Positions 1 to 12,991 of a DNA stretch of 63,801 nucleotides are shown here, piece after piece (within the stretch, counting starts at the first letter, position 1; every line of letters begins with the position of its first letter). Source of the stretch: Rhynchobatus australiae (lineage: Eukaryota). The DNA lies in the NCBI GenBank assembly GCA_034780895.1, contig JAUZTB010000001.1, positions 45,888,633 through 45,952,433 on the forward strand, read 5' to 3'. A program made the translations under genes and the position numbers. The notes beneath the pieces are model-generated. The model was not told where the DNA came from. It saw only the letters and a list, made by a program, of their open reading frames with translations, and did no database searches.

Positions 1-302
1 AGAGGAGAGAAGAGAGAATGTCCCGGGTGGGTGGGGTCTTTGATTATGCTGGCTGCTTCACCAAGACAGCAAGAGGTAAAGGCAGAGTCCAAGGAGGGGA
101 GGCTGGTGTCCGTGACGCGCTGGGCTGTGTTCACAACCCTGCAGTTTCTTGCGGTCCTGGGCAGAGCAGTTGCCATACCAAGCTGCGATACATCCAGATA
201 AGATGCTTTCTATGGTGCATCGATAAAAGTTGGTGAGTGCCAAAGGGGACAAACCGAATTTCTTTCGCCTCCTGAGGAAGTAGAGGCATTGGTGAGCTTT
301 CT
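1..302 (-). mobile_element. Rex1/Babar non-LTR retrotransposon fragment (C-terminal part of the RT ORF)
   Basis: Minus strand reads KAHQCLYFLRRRKKFGLSPLALTNFYRCTIESILSGCIAAWYGNCSAQDRKKLQ, the characteristic post-RT motif of Rex1/Babar elements (ORF 58..252). It frameshifts afterwards and runs off the window edge. Confidence 0.9.
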
Positions 303-309
303 AATAAAT

Positions 310-835
310 GGTTGAAAATATGGTTTGGGTCTCTGGGTAGTGCAGAAGAAAGATTGAAAGGGTGGATGTTGCATCTCCTGAGGTTGCCTGGGAGAGGGCT
401 GTGAGAAGGGGAAAGGTTGGTGGAGATGGAAGAACGGACCAGGGAGCCATACAAGGAACGGTCCCTCGAAAAGGGTGAAAGGACGGGGAAAGGGGAAGTT
501 GTGCCTGACGGTGGAATCTTTTAGGAATTGGCAGAAATTGTGAGGGATGATCTGTTGAATACTGAGGTTGGTGGGGTGGAAAGTGAGGTCGCAGTGGACT
601 CCGTCCTTGATCTGTCCAAGAGGAGAGGGGGTGAGAGCAGAGTTGTGGGAAATGGGTGAGATGTAGTCTTGGGCTACGTTGACTATGACAGAGGGGAAGC
701 CACAATTCAAGAAGAAGGAAGAGATTTCAGAGACACCTTTGTGGGAAGTCTTGTCCTTAGGGGAAGGATGACGGAAATGGTGAACTGGGGAATGGAACGG
801 AATCATTACATGAGTGAGGGTGGGAGGAAGTATCT
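310..835 (-). mobile_element. Penelope-like element fragment (RT thumb/linker up to the Cys-containing region before GIY-YIG), decayed
   Basis: Translation gives TSSHPHSCNDSVPF...SEISSFFLNCGFPSVIVNVAQDYISPISHNSALTPSPLGQIKDGVHCDLTFHPTNLSIQQIIPHNFCQFLKDSTVRHNFP (ORF 210..806). This matches the fish/shark PLE pattern SSHPxSCKDSIPFSQ...SEMSSFFLNRGFP...RVPLVLTFHP...TTRHIFP. Frameshifted. Confidence 0.85.
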
Positions 836-945
836 TTGAGAAGGTGTGGGGAAGCTATTTAATTTGTTTCAGGTTGGACTATGGATAACATCAACACAGA
901 ACCAACTGTTCCCTTCATTTCGGAGGGTTACCACAACCTTGGCAT

Positions 946-1140
946 CTATACCCGTCGCTGTCTGTAAAGAGTTTGTACGTTCTCCCCATGTGTCTGCATG
1001 GGTTTCCTCTGGGTGCTCCGGTTTCCTCCCACATTCTAAAGATGTACGGGTAGGTTAATTTGGGGTTTAAAATGGGCGGCGGGGTACTCGTTGGGCCAGA
1101 AGGGCCTGTTAGCACTCTGTAAAAAAATTAAAAATTAATT
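946..1140 (+). mobile_element. V-SINE (HE1-like), 5'-truncated, short CR1-type tail
   Basis: V-domain core gggtttcctctgggtgctccggtttcctcccaca, then ttgggccagaagggcctgttagcactctgt and an A-rich end. Near-identical to 8151-8305 and 57860-58050. Confidence 0.85.
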
Positions 1141-1277
1141 TATACTTCAAGATCTGCTGGTCAGACTATCTGCAGTCCAGAAATTATAGAAAATGAGCAA
1201 CACTTTCATCTGTGGGAAGGAAGTTTCAACTGACCCTGGCATGGAATATTTTGAAGGAGTGGTCTTCCCCTAATCCA

Positions 1278-1340
1278 GAAAATACTGCAGAAGCAGCAGA
1301 TCTGAGATGTAAATGCTCAGGAGGCCAGGCAGCATCCATT
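1278..1340. mobile_element. Degenerate PLE terminal-repeat fragment
   Basis: aaatactgcagaagcagcagatctg...ctcaggaggccaggcagcatcc resembles the termini at 20437-20535 and 36326-36410. Confidence 0.5.
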
Positions 1341-4300
1341 AACCTGGATGCTGAGCTTGCATTCAACGCATGTCCCACATTGCATGTGTTGGCCAATGCA
1401 CTGTACTTCTGATGGTAGTTAGCATTCAACATCCCACTCGACACTTATGTTAAAGCAAACTATTCACTTGTCCTACTAAAAGTAGTCCCCAGTCTTGCTG
1501 CAATAAAAAAAACATGAAAGACTTTATGTTCTTTAATCATAATTAGTGTCCCTTCAGAACCTGGCAAGCAGCAGCTTTCACCCTTGACCATCTGCTTGCC
1601 GTGGCTGTTTTTCTGGTACAGGAAGACTTTTACTGAGATGGAGTCTCTCAACATTCAGAGTTGGCAAACTCCCAAGGTGAATACAACTTCATGCCTTGAT
1701 TTTTCTTGATTTCACAAAATTGATGCTAATGCGAATGTACAAATAACACTGAAGACTCTCACTGATATCTTCTGCAGACCAGAATACTTTCAAACTTCCC
1801 ATTTATTTACAATCAATGCACGTTTTATAATGGGTGCCTAAGTGATCACATGAAGCCTTTAATATCAAAATGATTCTTCTGACTAAAATCACTGTATCCA
1901 TTGCAGTTATTGTGAACAATAGAGGAAATTTCTGTAAAATGACCTTTTTCACATCAAAATATAACGTATTACGTAAGTATGACTTCCTTGTATGCTTGGC
2001 TCTGTACCTAATTTACAACAACATCCTGTCTGAGTTGGATTATAGTTCCTTCTATACCTGTTTTTTTTCCAAAGTCAATGCCATGTTTTACCACGCAAAG
2101 TAATCCTCAGAGTACTGAATTTCCACATTTTAACAGACAACAACCAAAAAAGCAGATTCCATATAAAAGGAATTTGAATTAATTTTGTGCTAAGGAACGT
2201 ATACTCAGTGCATTAGCAATTCAATTAAGCTTACTTTTAATCCACATTGGAATTGATTTTTATAAAAAGGGAAATAAAATGATAATTTGAAATTAAATCT
2301 TTGCATGGTATAGCGAAGTATGGTATCAGTTTTTACTTCATCAGTTAAAAAAATAATTTCTATTCATCTTACAATGGAAAGCCAGCCTATAAATGTAATG
2401 GTTTTGAATGATGCCTAATTATGCTCTTCTATCAAAGTAGACAAGATAAAAACGTAAACCACTTGATACCTTTACTCTCTGTCATTAATAGCTTCAAATG
2501 ACCCATAACATTTTAGTGCAATGGTATGTTTATCAATAAAGTTTATCTTGTGTTGCATTCAGTAACAGCATTAATGGCACAGATTAAAGTGCACTTTGAA
2601 ACAATATCATAAATTGCTACTGTCACAATCCTAATAAATGACAACTCATCAGCAAGTAATTGATCGTAATAGCCAATAACACCTCAGTCATAACACCTTA
2701 ACTTCTACACCACACACTAAGTAGAAACAAGGTAACTGTACAGCAATGTATGTTGTACCCTCAACTTTTAACAAAGGTGCAAAAGATGCAGTGGTACCAG
2801 TTTTACAACACTTCTTGACAGAGTTGGTGGTTGCCTGAGATTCCAAGAGACATAATATTCACAGCTAATTTCAATATTGTCCTCTTTCCTTCTGTCTTTT
2901 GTTGGTGTTTTAATTTCCTATCACACTGATACTCGGACAATGCATTGGACATCAGTGCAGTGTCAGGTTGCTTGGCCGATGGAAATGGTGACATTGGGAG
3001 AGAATTAAATATTCACTTAGCATTCAGCGCTCACCAATATTGGCTAGATTCAACAGTGAGTGAAAACAATCAGCCGCAAATTTATCAATTGAAGTATTCT
3101 TATTTTGACAACTTGAATTCACATCTTCAATCTCCCATAGGACCTTCTAAGAGGATGACACGGACTGCTCAGGGAAGGCCATGTATTCTGAGGGTGTAGT
3201 GTCTGTGGACTCGTGTAGATCGAGCATTGGCTCAGATATTGCACTTTGAATGGGTAAGAAAGCTGACTGAGATTTGTCCTGGTGATGTGCATGTTGCTTA
3301 TAGAGGAAGAGCAGTTGGTGGGGACAGGCAGAGCAGTGGTGAGTCTGTCCCCCAGAGGCAGATGTGTCCAGGCTCTGCTCAGCTGGGTGGAGACAGTGTA
3401 TCCTGATACTGTTGGCAAATAGCAGCAAAGAATGCGTCATGTATTGTCAGCCATCTTGGCCAGACATTATGTGCTTGAGAACCTCCCCCCACCGCCCCCC
3501 CCGAGCATGGATGCCATGATGTCACAGATGCCTATGCTCATGACTTTCTCCATGGAAAGTGAGTCCACTGGCATGGAATGTCCAATGCAGCAATCAAATG
3601 AGTACACCTCCAATCTCTTCCTTGTTGTTCAGCGCTCTGAACTGTTGCCAAGCGACATGAGGCTATGAAAGCCGGGCTGGCTGTTTCACAACTGATGTGC
3701 ATTGGGACAAGAAGGAAGTGTCCTTTGGATTTGGATGACTATGTGAACCTGCGCATTAGTGCATCCATCAGGCTGGAGGGAAGTGTTCTTCACTTATTGT
3801 GCCTAAGATCCCAGCTCTGCCAGTCCGTCCTGCAGATCCTCTGAGCTTCATGCTTCTGAGGACAGGGCAGATTGCCCCATGCCTCAACCCCTTCCATTCC
3901 AGCTCCCCACTTGAGCTGCAGTGATTTGTTCACATGGCCGTTTTGTGTTGGGTTCCTAGTGAGCTGGAGGCACTTGGTCAATCGGTTTGCAATGCTGAAA
4001 TGAGGTGCTGTGTCCATATGACGTTTCACAAACACTGGTAGTTAAAATCTTTTACAGATTTTTCTGGTTCACTTTTTGTGTCTCGAGAGAGCATGTGAGG
4101 AATCTTCCAAGTACCTGTGTCATGTTGTAAGCCTTCAAGTTATTGCAACTCTAATCAGAAAATCATTTTTCATAGACTAATCAGCAGAAGATCAAATGGT
4201 TGCTTTAGTGAACAGAATGGCCTCAAGTCAATGGATTAGCTGCGTGTGACTCGGACCATTTCCTTATGGCGGAAGAGGAAATTCTATGGATAGAGCAGTC

Positions 4301-7300
4301 ATTGTGTGGCACTGAGACTTCTCAGACCAGTACTAATGCCTGGGACATGGAACTGTGTTAGTTTCCCTCCAGTTAAAGCTACAGACTCTATAATGGGAGG
4401 TGCCATCCCCAGAGGCACGGATAGCAACATTATTTCTGAATTTCCAGTGGGCTGAAGATATATAATTTTGTCCAATCCTGAAGCAGTTTTGACTGCGCTA
4501 TTTCTCCTAACCAAGGTCTGACCTGACAAAGTTGGATGACCTGAAGAACTCATTTCAATGTGATAGAGAACAAAGCAGAGCGATGTATATACAGACGAAG
4601 AGGAAGCTTTTGCATTGAGGCAGTGCAATTCTAACTTTATGAACACATTAGCAGTACATTTACTGGTTAATGCTGAGTGCAGAGTGTGCTGGAATGCATA
4701 GAATAGCATTTTTCTGCTATTTTGTTAAAAGTTGGCATTAATAAGCATTCAGTCAGGAATCCTCATTGCATTGTTGGGGACTGATTGTGGCTGGCTCCCT
4801 CTGGTGTCAAACCCACATCATTGCAAGAGTAAGTAAACTGCATCAGTCCTGGTATATAGTACTGGTATATATCATAGTGCTGTTGGTGAAGCATCAGGAG
4901 AAGAAAGCTGGACATATTTGTCTGAATTTTCACAGTCTGCTTCTTTAAAACTGTTATTGGACTATTTACTTTAATTGGGGCAACACCTTCGTCAACCTCA
5001 CAATGAAACCCCTTGTCACACAGTTCAATATAACAAGCAATAATTTATAATGTATGGTTTTCCCAGCTTAACTTTGGCGGTTCTGCATTATCAAGTTACC
5101 TAGAAGAGTTGTGGTAACAACTTAGAGACTATGGGGTACAGGACGAGTGAACAGAATGATAGGCTACGTGTCGTGCTGCTGTTGTGCTTTAACAGAACAA
5201 CAATCAGATCACAAGATAAAAAGATAAAGACAAGAGTAATGTATACAGCATAAACTGTAGAAGATATCTCATAGTAAATAAGCAAGTGAAAGAGGCTGCC
5301 TTATAATCTCCAGTGAAGAGAACTGTGCTGTTTATTTCTAACTCTTTAGGGGGATGCCTCAGCCCTGTACCTGATGCACAAAGATAATTGAGGGAACCTC
5401 ACCTGAAAAAAAGTAATCAAATTGTAGTTTACTCTGTGGGAGTCATAGGTTGTTTACTGGGAGTCTAATGCATGATATTGTATGGACCGCTAATCTCCCA
5501 CGCGTTATTCTGGAAGCCTTCTTGGGTCAGTAGATTATAATTAGATTCCTTGTGAGTAAAACTGTTCACCAAACGAATCGACGCTGAAGAAAAGAGATCT
5601 GGAAATGGAGAAGGAAACCAGGTGCTGTGCAGAACATGCTTTGGTTCACTCTCAGTCTGCTTTACATCATAGCCAATGACTAATCCCCTTTCCCATCTTC
5701 CTTATTTTCAAAGTATTCTCCTTTTACCATATATTAAAGCAGCATACACTTTATCACACAGTACTCACATGGGGCAGAGGTGGCCAAAAATGGCATATCT
5801 GGCACACATGGGCTGAATGTGCACTAATCCGTGTGAGCCCCCACTGGTTGACGTGCTCGAGGGGCCTTTGAGTGGTGATTACCTTGTTCTATTCTGAGAG
5901 ATCAGCATCAAGTGAAAGTAGGCATTATGGCCATTGAAGTAATGTTTCTGCCACAGCCTGGTTCTCCCAACGCAGCTTGTTCTGTAGGTTTTTGGACGAT
6001 TCCACCCCACCCCCATTAACAACGTAGTATCATTCTTGGAAGTGGAATATGAGAGTGGTGTTGGGGGGATGTGATTCAGCAACCATTTCGATACCAGTAA
6101 CCAATGCTGCATTTGTGGCAATCCCAAAATAGGAGATGCTTGAGACATGCTGCTATAAGCATTGAAATATTCCAGAATATTTCAGAACTTCCCTCCAAGC
6201 AACACTGGCTGTAACTCCAGCTGTGGAGCATTGGAATGAACTGCTTCTGCTGATTACAGAAAAGTCACTTCGAAGAACTTAGGGGGCAGAAGTGGACTGA
6301 TTTAAAAATAGAGGAAGACATTGATGCTTTCAGAGAGATTTGATGGCACTTAGCTATACTGGCACTTCTGGAGGGGATATTTACAAAGTAATATAATTGG
6401 TATGTTGGAAGCAGACCTCTACTGGGATCAGGATGCATTGACAGCGATTTGACAGTTATGGGGATCAATGGATATGGAAGAGACATTGTGGAATTGAGCC
6501 ATTGCATCTTGCGGAGCAGCAGCAGGCAATTATTTTGGCATCCCTCTGGCATTCTTGAGGCTAATCTGTGTCTCTGTTAGATATGCTGCCATATGATTTT
6601 CCAGCACTGAGCTCCAGATCACCTGCTGTTACCTAAGCTCGAGGCAGAGTCCATGCATCATTGGCATATGCCCCACGCATGTCTCCCCAAAAGGAAGGAA
6701 TGTTTTACCCTGTGACACAGAGGAAGAATGAGTCATCCTAAAGCTGCTGCGAATGGCACTCAACTGCATGGGGGAATCACTGTGTTACTGGCTAGGGCAT
6801 CAGCTTTGGTTCAGACCTGCAACCCTGAGCACCTTGCCACTCTGTGGTTTTTTGGAATACTGCCTGGATCAGCTGAAGGGAGGATAGAACCAGGCCACTC
6901 GTGTACAGCTTTGGCTTCCAAAGGTGGAGGTTTGGGAACCAAATTGTGAACCTCATGAATGGTTGTGAAGTTCGTTATTCCTGCCCTCTGCAGCCTGATG
7001 ACCTGGGTTTTAACCCTAGGGGTCATTAAAGTCTCTCTGAGTAAACATAGGTAGAAACATATAGAAGTTGCAACATGGAAATTGAATATTCAACACAACT
7101 AGACCAGGTTAGTGTTTACTCTAAGTGTGAGCAATGCATTTCAATCACATTTACTCACCCTGCTCCCAGATCCATATCATCCCTTTTATTAGGAACATGA
7201 TTGCTCAAGTCACATCACTTCTGTGGTTTCAGAGCAGATCAGAGACTAGGCGTTCCTGGCAAGTGACTTACCTCCTATCTCCAAATCCTTTTCACGATTT

Positions 7301-7314
7301 ACAAGGCATGCCAG

Positions 7315-7785
7315 ATAGGTAATGGAGTAATCTTCACTTGTTTGGATTAATCCATCACCAGTGATACTTAAGAAACTTGACTCTATGCAGGACAAAGTTG
7401 CCTGATTGATTGGTACCTTATTCACCACTGTAAGCATTCAGTCCCTGCACCTCCAGCCCACAGCCTACCATCTTAAAGATGCAGAGCAGCACCTCATCCA
7501 CACTTCTTCAACAGCATCTCTCAGAACATAAGGTCCTTCATCTGCAAGGAGATGGGCAGCAGGTGCATTGGAACATTACCACCTTCAGATCATGTGCCGT
7601 GCTAACTTGGAAATATATCGCTGATCCTTCTTCATTGCTGAATCAAAAACATAGCAGCATTGTGGAAACACCTTCGCCTCTTCACTGCAATGGCTCAAGA
7701 AGATGGTTCATTGCTATTTTCTTAAAGGCAATTGGGGAAGGGCAATAAATGTTGGCATTGCCATCCGTGCTCACATCTTGTGGAA
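7315..7785 (+). mobile_element. 3' end of a CR1/L2-group LINE (chondrichthyan family), decayed
   Basis: Decayed coding end (...LKKLDSMQDKVA*LIG...) followed by a 3' UTR ending gggcaataaatgttggcattgcc...cacatc. Homologous copies lie at 34700-35490, 49770-50150 and 57235-57695. Confidence 0.75.
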
Positions 7786-8150
7786 AACATTCTAATTTTA
7801 AGTTTAATTGTAGATTTCAATTTGAGCATCAACTTGGATTGTATTTCACAGCCTTCCGACTTTCTGTGTGAAGAAGGTTTGAGGGCCTCTGCTCTAAATC
7901 TCTCGCATATGATCTTGTATCTATAGCACCTCCCCCCCCCCACCCCTCCCCCTGTTCTTAATATCTCATTTACTGGAAGCTGGACGCTTTGATTGAAGTT
8001 GTTTGAGAGTTTAAACAGTGCATGCATCTGTTCAAGGAGTAAGCCTTGTTNNNNNNNNNNNNNNNNNNNNNNNNNNNNNNNNNNNNNNNNNNNNNNNNNN
8101 NNNNNNNNNNNNNNNNNNNNNNNNNNNNNNNNNNNNNNNNNNNNNNNNNN

Positions 8151-8305
8151 GTCTGCGTGGGTTTCCTCCGGGTGCTCCGGTTTCCTCCCACATTCTAAAG
8201 ACGTACGGGTAGGTTAATTTGGGGTTTTTAAAAAATGGGTGGCGTGGACTTGTTGGGCCGGAAGGGCCTGTTACCACGCTGTAAGTAAAATTTAAAATTT
8301 AAATT
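8151..8305 (+). mobile_element. V-SINE 3' half (5' part lost in the gap)
   Basis: Perfect V-core gggtttcctccgggtgctccggtttcctcccaca, tail ttgggccggaagggcctgttaccacgctgtaa, and (aaattt)n end. Confidence 0.9.
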
Positions 8306-8354
8306 CTTATTGCTGTCAAGGGTGTTTTAGCTGAGATTGCAGTGTCCTGTGATC

Positions 8355-8486
8355 CAGTGATCAGCACTCAGTGACCCAGTGATCAGTATTCAGTGATCCA
8401 GTGATCAGTATTCAGTGACCCAGTGATCAGTATTCAGTGATCCAGTGAGCAGTGCACAGTGTTCCAGTGACCAGTACTCAGTGAGG
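8355..8486. repeat. 22-bp minisatellite, 6 units
   Basis: Units start at 8355, 8377, 8399, 8421, 8443 and 8465. Consensus is cagtgatcagtattcagtgaYc. Confidence 0.95.
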
Positions 8487-9489
8487 TGGTGCTTTATTCC
8501 CTCTGCAGTAGCCTGAGATTTTGAAATTCCAAAGCCTATTGACTTTTATTGGCTTTAAGGTTAGTTCATTTTATGCTTTCCTTAAAGATGAGATTGTTCT
8601 ATGCTGCACTTGCTGGTGAAGTGTGGATGTTGAAAGTTTCCGTAGCCTGTGCTATTTAGTAGTAGTTGCCTGAATCATACTGCCAATGGACAGCCTTGGG
8701 TCATTTCTGGGATTTTTTCATTGAAGATCACGAGTAATCCTTTGGGAGACTTGTGAATTTGTGAATGAAATCAGATTCAGACCAATTTGTTAACCAAATA
8801 CATCTTTGTTCCAGTTCAGTTTTTCTTACACTTCAAGTTTGTATCTTGTCTGTACAACCTTACTCCTCCTTCCAAACCTTTTATAAGGAACAGTGTGATG
8901 AAGAGTTGTAGCAATTAGTGCCATGCTCTGGAGCAACTTCTCACATCTGAACTAGACAATGCATGTAGTTTGAAGGAATGTTAGCCTTCTGCTAAACGAT
9001 AGCAACCATTGCAACTCAGCCTGAGTTAGAAATGTACATGTGTGCGTTTTTCAAATAGATTTCCTGGACAGCAGTGAAGAGCAGAATCTAAGGATGACTT
9101 TACTCCCTCTAGGTGTATCGTAGTATGTACTGAGTATGTGTAACCCTAGCATCCTAGCTGACTTCAGTTGTATTCTGACCTCATGTCTTCTCCATCATTA
9201 AGATATCCTACCTCACCTTCATCACATCAGGCACTACTTCTCTATTTCATCTTTCGAAAGCTGAAGATAAGCTGTTGTAATCGTACCCCTGAACAATTAA
9301 CTCAGCACTGACTGGATATCAAAGTTGGGAATCTATGATTTAGTGAGCTGCTATTGGCTCCATAAGGAAACACACTAGAATTAAGTTATCTTCCGAAAAT
9401 ATTTTTAACATATCGCTTTCTTCTTGCTGTACATCATAAAACAAGGTTAGTCTTCACATGGAAAAGACATAAATACTGTCACTTATTTA

Positions 9490-9720
9490 AGCCATTCTGA
9501 GATCAGGTTCCAAGGAAAATTGGTTTAAATTAGTAAAGGGACAGCTTACATCAGGAAGTTCTTCACACAGCGGTCAACTCAGGGTATGAATGTTTAATAG
9601 CGGAAACAAAGATCCTGGAATCATTTATGGATGCCGTGACGGGGGTGCTGTAACTTGTTTTTGAATGGATGAGCTAAGATGGATCAAATGACCTTCCTCG
9701 TTGTGCTTTTCTTTTGATCT
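9490..9720 (+). mobile_element. Highly decayed CR1 3' fragment
   Basis: aggaagttcttcacacagcggtc (FFTQRV-like) and a tail gagctaagatggatcaaatgaccttcctcgt. Confidence 0.55.
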
Positions 9721-10904
9721 GACAGAATGCCTGTTGCAGTATCAACATGGCACTCTCAAACCCATGTTCCTTATTACAAGAAAGGTACTGCAATTCTAAA
9801 AATTAGAAGCCAGCCTACATATTTAACACCTGAATATAAGGCGTTAAATTTGGCAGCCCAGGCTGTCAAACTGTTGTGAATTTCTGTTCCAGTTTTGCAA
9901 AATGATATTGAGGAAAGACTGCAGTTTACAAAGAATGATAAGCAATGGAATGCATTAAAACTGTATTATTAATAGCTCTGCCCACAAATAAAAACAGAAT
10001 AGTCCACATTGTCCCCATATAATTTTGTGAGCTTTGCACCTGGTTTTAAGAGCAGGCTAAGGTGCAGGAAAAGATTTGTAAAGTACTGCATTTTTATTGC
10101 AGTAACAAATTGAACAACACTAATAAAACAGTATCTTTGCTCTATTATTTTCATTAATCTGCAGTTTTCATGAATGGAACATAACATTTTCATTACACAC
10201 TAATTCCATTATTGCCATGGAATAGAAATTTCTTGCTACCCTAAAAAGCCACAAAGTAAACTTGCAATGAAAGGGTTACATGTGAAGGAAGGAGATAAAT
10301 CACCACTGGTAATGTTGTCCTTTTGAAAAACCACATATTAGACTAAATGAGATCTAATGTATATATCAGCAAACAGTTATAGATACATTTTGCTTTGAAA
10401 GTCTCATCTGTCTTTCTNNNNNNNNNNNNNNNNNNNNNNNNNNNNNNNNNNNNNNNNNNNNNNNNNNNNNNNNNNNNNNNNNNNNNNNNNNNNNNNNNNN
10501 NNNNNNNNNNNNNNNNNTGTCTTTCTCGTTAAACAGCATTTGACACTCAAGAATGATGGGTGTAAGCGAGCAGTGTATGCCAAAGCAATAAGACTTGATG
10601 GACGCCTCAGCCGTAAAGAATGTGACATATTTTACAACATTATAGGGCCCGTTTGCAGCAACGTGGCTGAGGCAGGAACAATTACCGGGCTGGATGCTGA
10701 ATGGAGGAATCACCTAAAGTGCTCGCATGTGTAGTTGGGTGGGGGATGGGAGAATGACACTATCCAGAGGCCAGTGGATGAGGCCATTCCTTTTCCACCA
10801 ACTGGATTGTATTTCAATAGTCATCAAGTTCAGATGCAACACATCGCATTTTATGGAAGATGAACTGCAATCCAAGACTCTTCAAGCATAAATTAACATG
10901 TAAT

Positions 10905-11065
10905 GAAAACAGAAAATGCCGAAAACTTGAACAGGCCTGACAGCAGCAGTGGCGAGGGGAATGGTGTTAAGCTTCTAGGCTGCTGACATTTCATCAGAAC
11001 CTATCTTCCTCTTTGCAGAAGGGCTTCAGCAGTTTCTGGTTTTATTTCAGAAGTCTAACATCCGT
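10905..11065. mobile_element. Degenerate PLE terminal repeats in inverted arrangement
   Basis: aaaacagaaaatgcc...gacatttcatcagaac (CTGATGA on the minus strand), followed by the opposite-orientation tail cagcagtttctggttttatttcaga. Confidence 0.55.
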
Positions 11066-11569
11066 GTTCCCTGCTTCCTGATATATCAGAATGCCTTTTG
11101 GTTATGAACTAAAGCCAGGAAATGGGGAAGTTTTCATTTTAATGGAGGAAGATAGTGCCTCAATAACAAGGAAAGGCAAGTAATTGAAAAGGTGTGGATG
11201 AAGTACAAAAAGGACAATCAAAGTATCTAATTTCTAAACGAAGATAGCACCTTATTTCTTCCATAACCAATTATCTCCCTGAACCTTTCTTCCTCATCCC
11301 TTTCCATTTGCACATGCACAGTTAAGTGGAATTCATTAGAACAAAGGCTGATATTTACTCAGCACTATTTCCATTCAATAGAGAAGAATAGTTTCTCTTC
11401 CATAATTCCTCACGCTATATTTGACCTCAACTTTTCATCAGAGTTGACGTCTGCTCTCTCTGGACAGCTACCACTACATGGCTAACCACACAAATTCCAC
11501 TCTTGCCCCCGCCTGCCCCAGTGTTAGCACACTTCTCTTCCATCAGCCACCTTCCTCATAAAAGCACCC

Positions 11570-12130
11570 CGTGACCCTTAAGCCCTCGAAAACAGTGCCA
11601 TCTGCAAAATCCCATCCTCATTTTCCTGAAACTCCTTGTTGGAATTGCTCCATTCAGGTTCCTATCCTGTAGCAGTACTAAAATGGAAAGTCACTAATGA
11701 TATCCTAAATGGGGGGTTGGCAAAGGTAATCACTCCTACCTCCTTGTTCCTGAGCTGTCTCCATCCTTAAACCATGGGTGACCACTCCATGCTTCTCCAC
11801 ACTCAGTACACTGTTATCCACCTGGCGGGGACCACATTTGCCTAATCCACTCCTCCCTTTCCAGTAATAGCCAGAGAATCAGCTGCAGTAGCTTCCTTCT
11901 TGCATATGGACCATGACCTGCAGTGATTACCTCTAGTGCTGCACTTCCACACTATCATCGGATCGCACAGGATCTGCTGCCTTCGGTACTCTGTCTCTTT
12001 TGTCTCCAAATGCTCAGATTCCACTTCTGACATACGGCATTGGATAAGCAGAAATTTTCACCAACTAACTATTGAGAAGATTGAAGCAATTATCCTCTGT
12101 CGTCGACTCATGTTTCCTTCTCTGACTTAA
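11570..12130 (+). mobile_element. L2 LINE reverse-transcriptase fragment, heavily decayed
   Basis: Remnants of SGF..CST, KVTNDIL, DHSMLL, IHLAG and SQRISCSSF, matching the L2 pattern QSGFRPCHSTE..KVTNDIL..DHSILL..SQRITCNGF. Multiple frameshifts. Confidence 0.7.
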
Positions 12131-12309
12131 TTCCTTTCCTTGGGAAGGAGCTTGAATTGTTCATCATCGTGCTTCCATCTTTGAGTTTTGGAGCATGTTT
12201 TCATCCCATCATTGGCTATTTTTACCCCTGTGATGTAATCTGACTCTGGTCTGGATTGGCTCCCACTCGAGTAATAACCTGGTTTTAAAATTTTCAGCCC
12301 TTGATTCAT

Positions 12310-12662
12310 TGGCACAGCAGGTAGTGCTGTTGCCTCACAGTTCCAGTAACTAGGGTTCAGTCCTGACCTCTGGTGCTGTCTGTGTGGAATTTGCACGTTC
12401 TCCCTGCAATTATGTGGGTTTCCCCTGGTGATCAAGTTTCCTCACAATCTGGAAGAATTGCAGGTTGGCAGGACAATTAGCTACTGTAACTGAGCCTGGT
12501 ACTGGCAGGTGATAGGAGGTGATGGGCATGTGAGAGGATAGCTTAAAATGAGGTATGTGAGGGAATGTGATTAAAGGGATTTCTCTGACAGCCAGCATAG
12601 CTTTGATAGGTCAAATGGTCTTCTTCTGTCATCAAAAATATGAAAATACGAGAAATATGAAA
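12310..12662 (+). mobile_element. V-SINE, long subfamily with CR1-type tail
   Basis: tRNA-like head (ggcacagcaggtagtgctgttgcctcacag...gggttcagtcctgacc), degenerate V-core, and tail ttgataggtcaaatggtcttcttctgtc. Homologous to 46165, 47820 and 59685. Confidence 0.8.
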
Positions 12663-12991
12663 TTCNNNNNNNNNNGCTGCACCTCTCCTGATTTCTGTGA
12701 GATGCAGATATCTCATCCAAGATATCTGTACTTCTCCGATTTTGGGCTTATGAACCATCCCTGAACTTAATTGTTGCAATATTGGTAGTTGTGGAAATTT
12801 TATTTCTGCCGTAATACTGCACTTGTTCTTCCCTCCATAACTTCTGACTAATAATGTTTCCCCTGCATGGCATGAAAATGTTACCTAATAATGCTCCTGT
12901 GAACTGGTTTCTAAAGTTCACATAATTTAGACTGTTAATGTCTTGCTAGATTTGAGGCCTTATAAGAACGTTCTTATTGTCAAATATTTAC

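Noticed and set aside
4299-4709. 136-aa minus-strand ORF in non-repeat sequence
   Set aside because: No recognisable domain or supporting exon structure; this length is compatible with chance in 64 kb.
8355-8486. CRISPR-like appearance of the repeated units (also 51664-51735)
   Set aside because: The units are directly adjacent with no unique spacers, there are no cas genes, and the context is eukaryotic.
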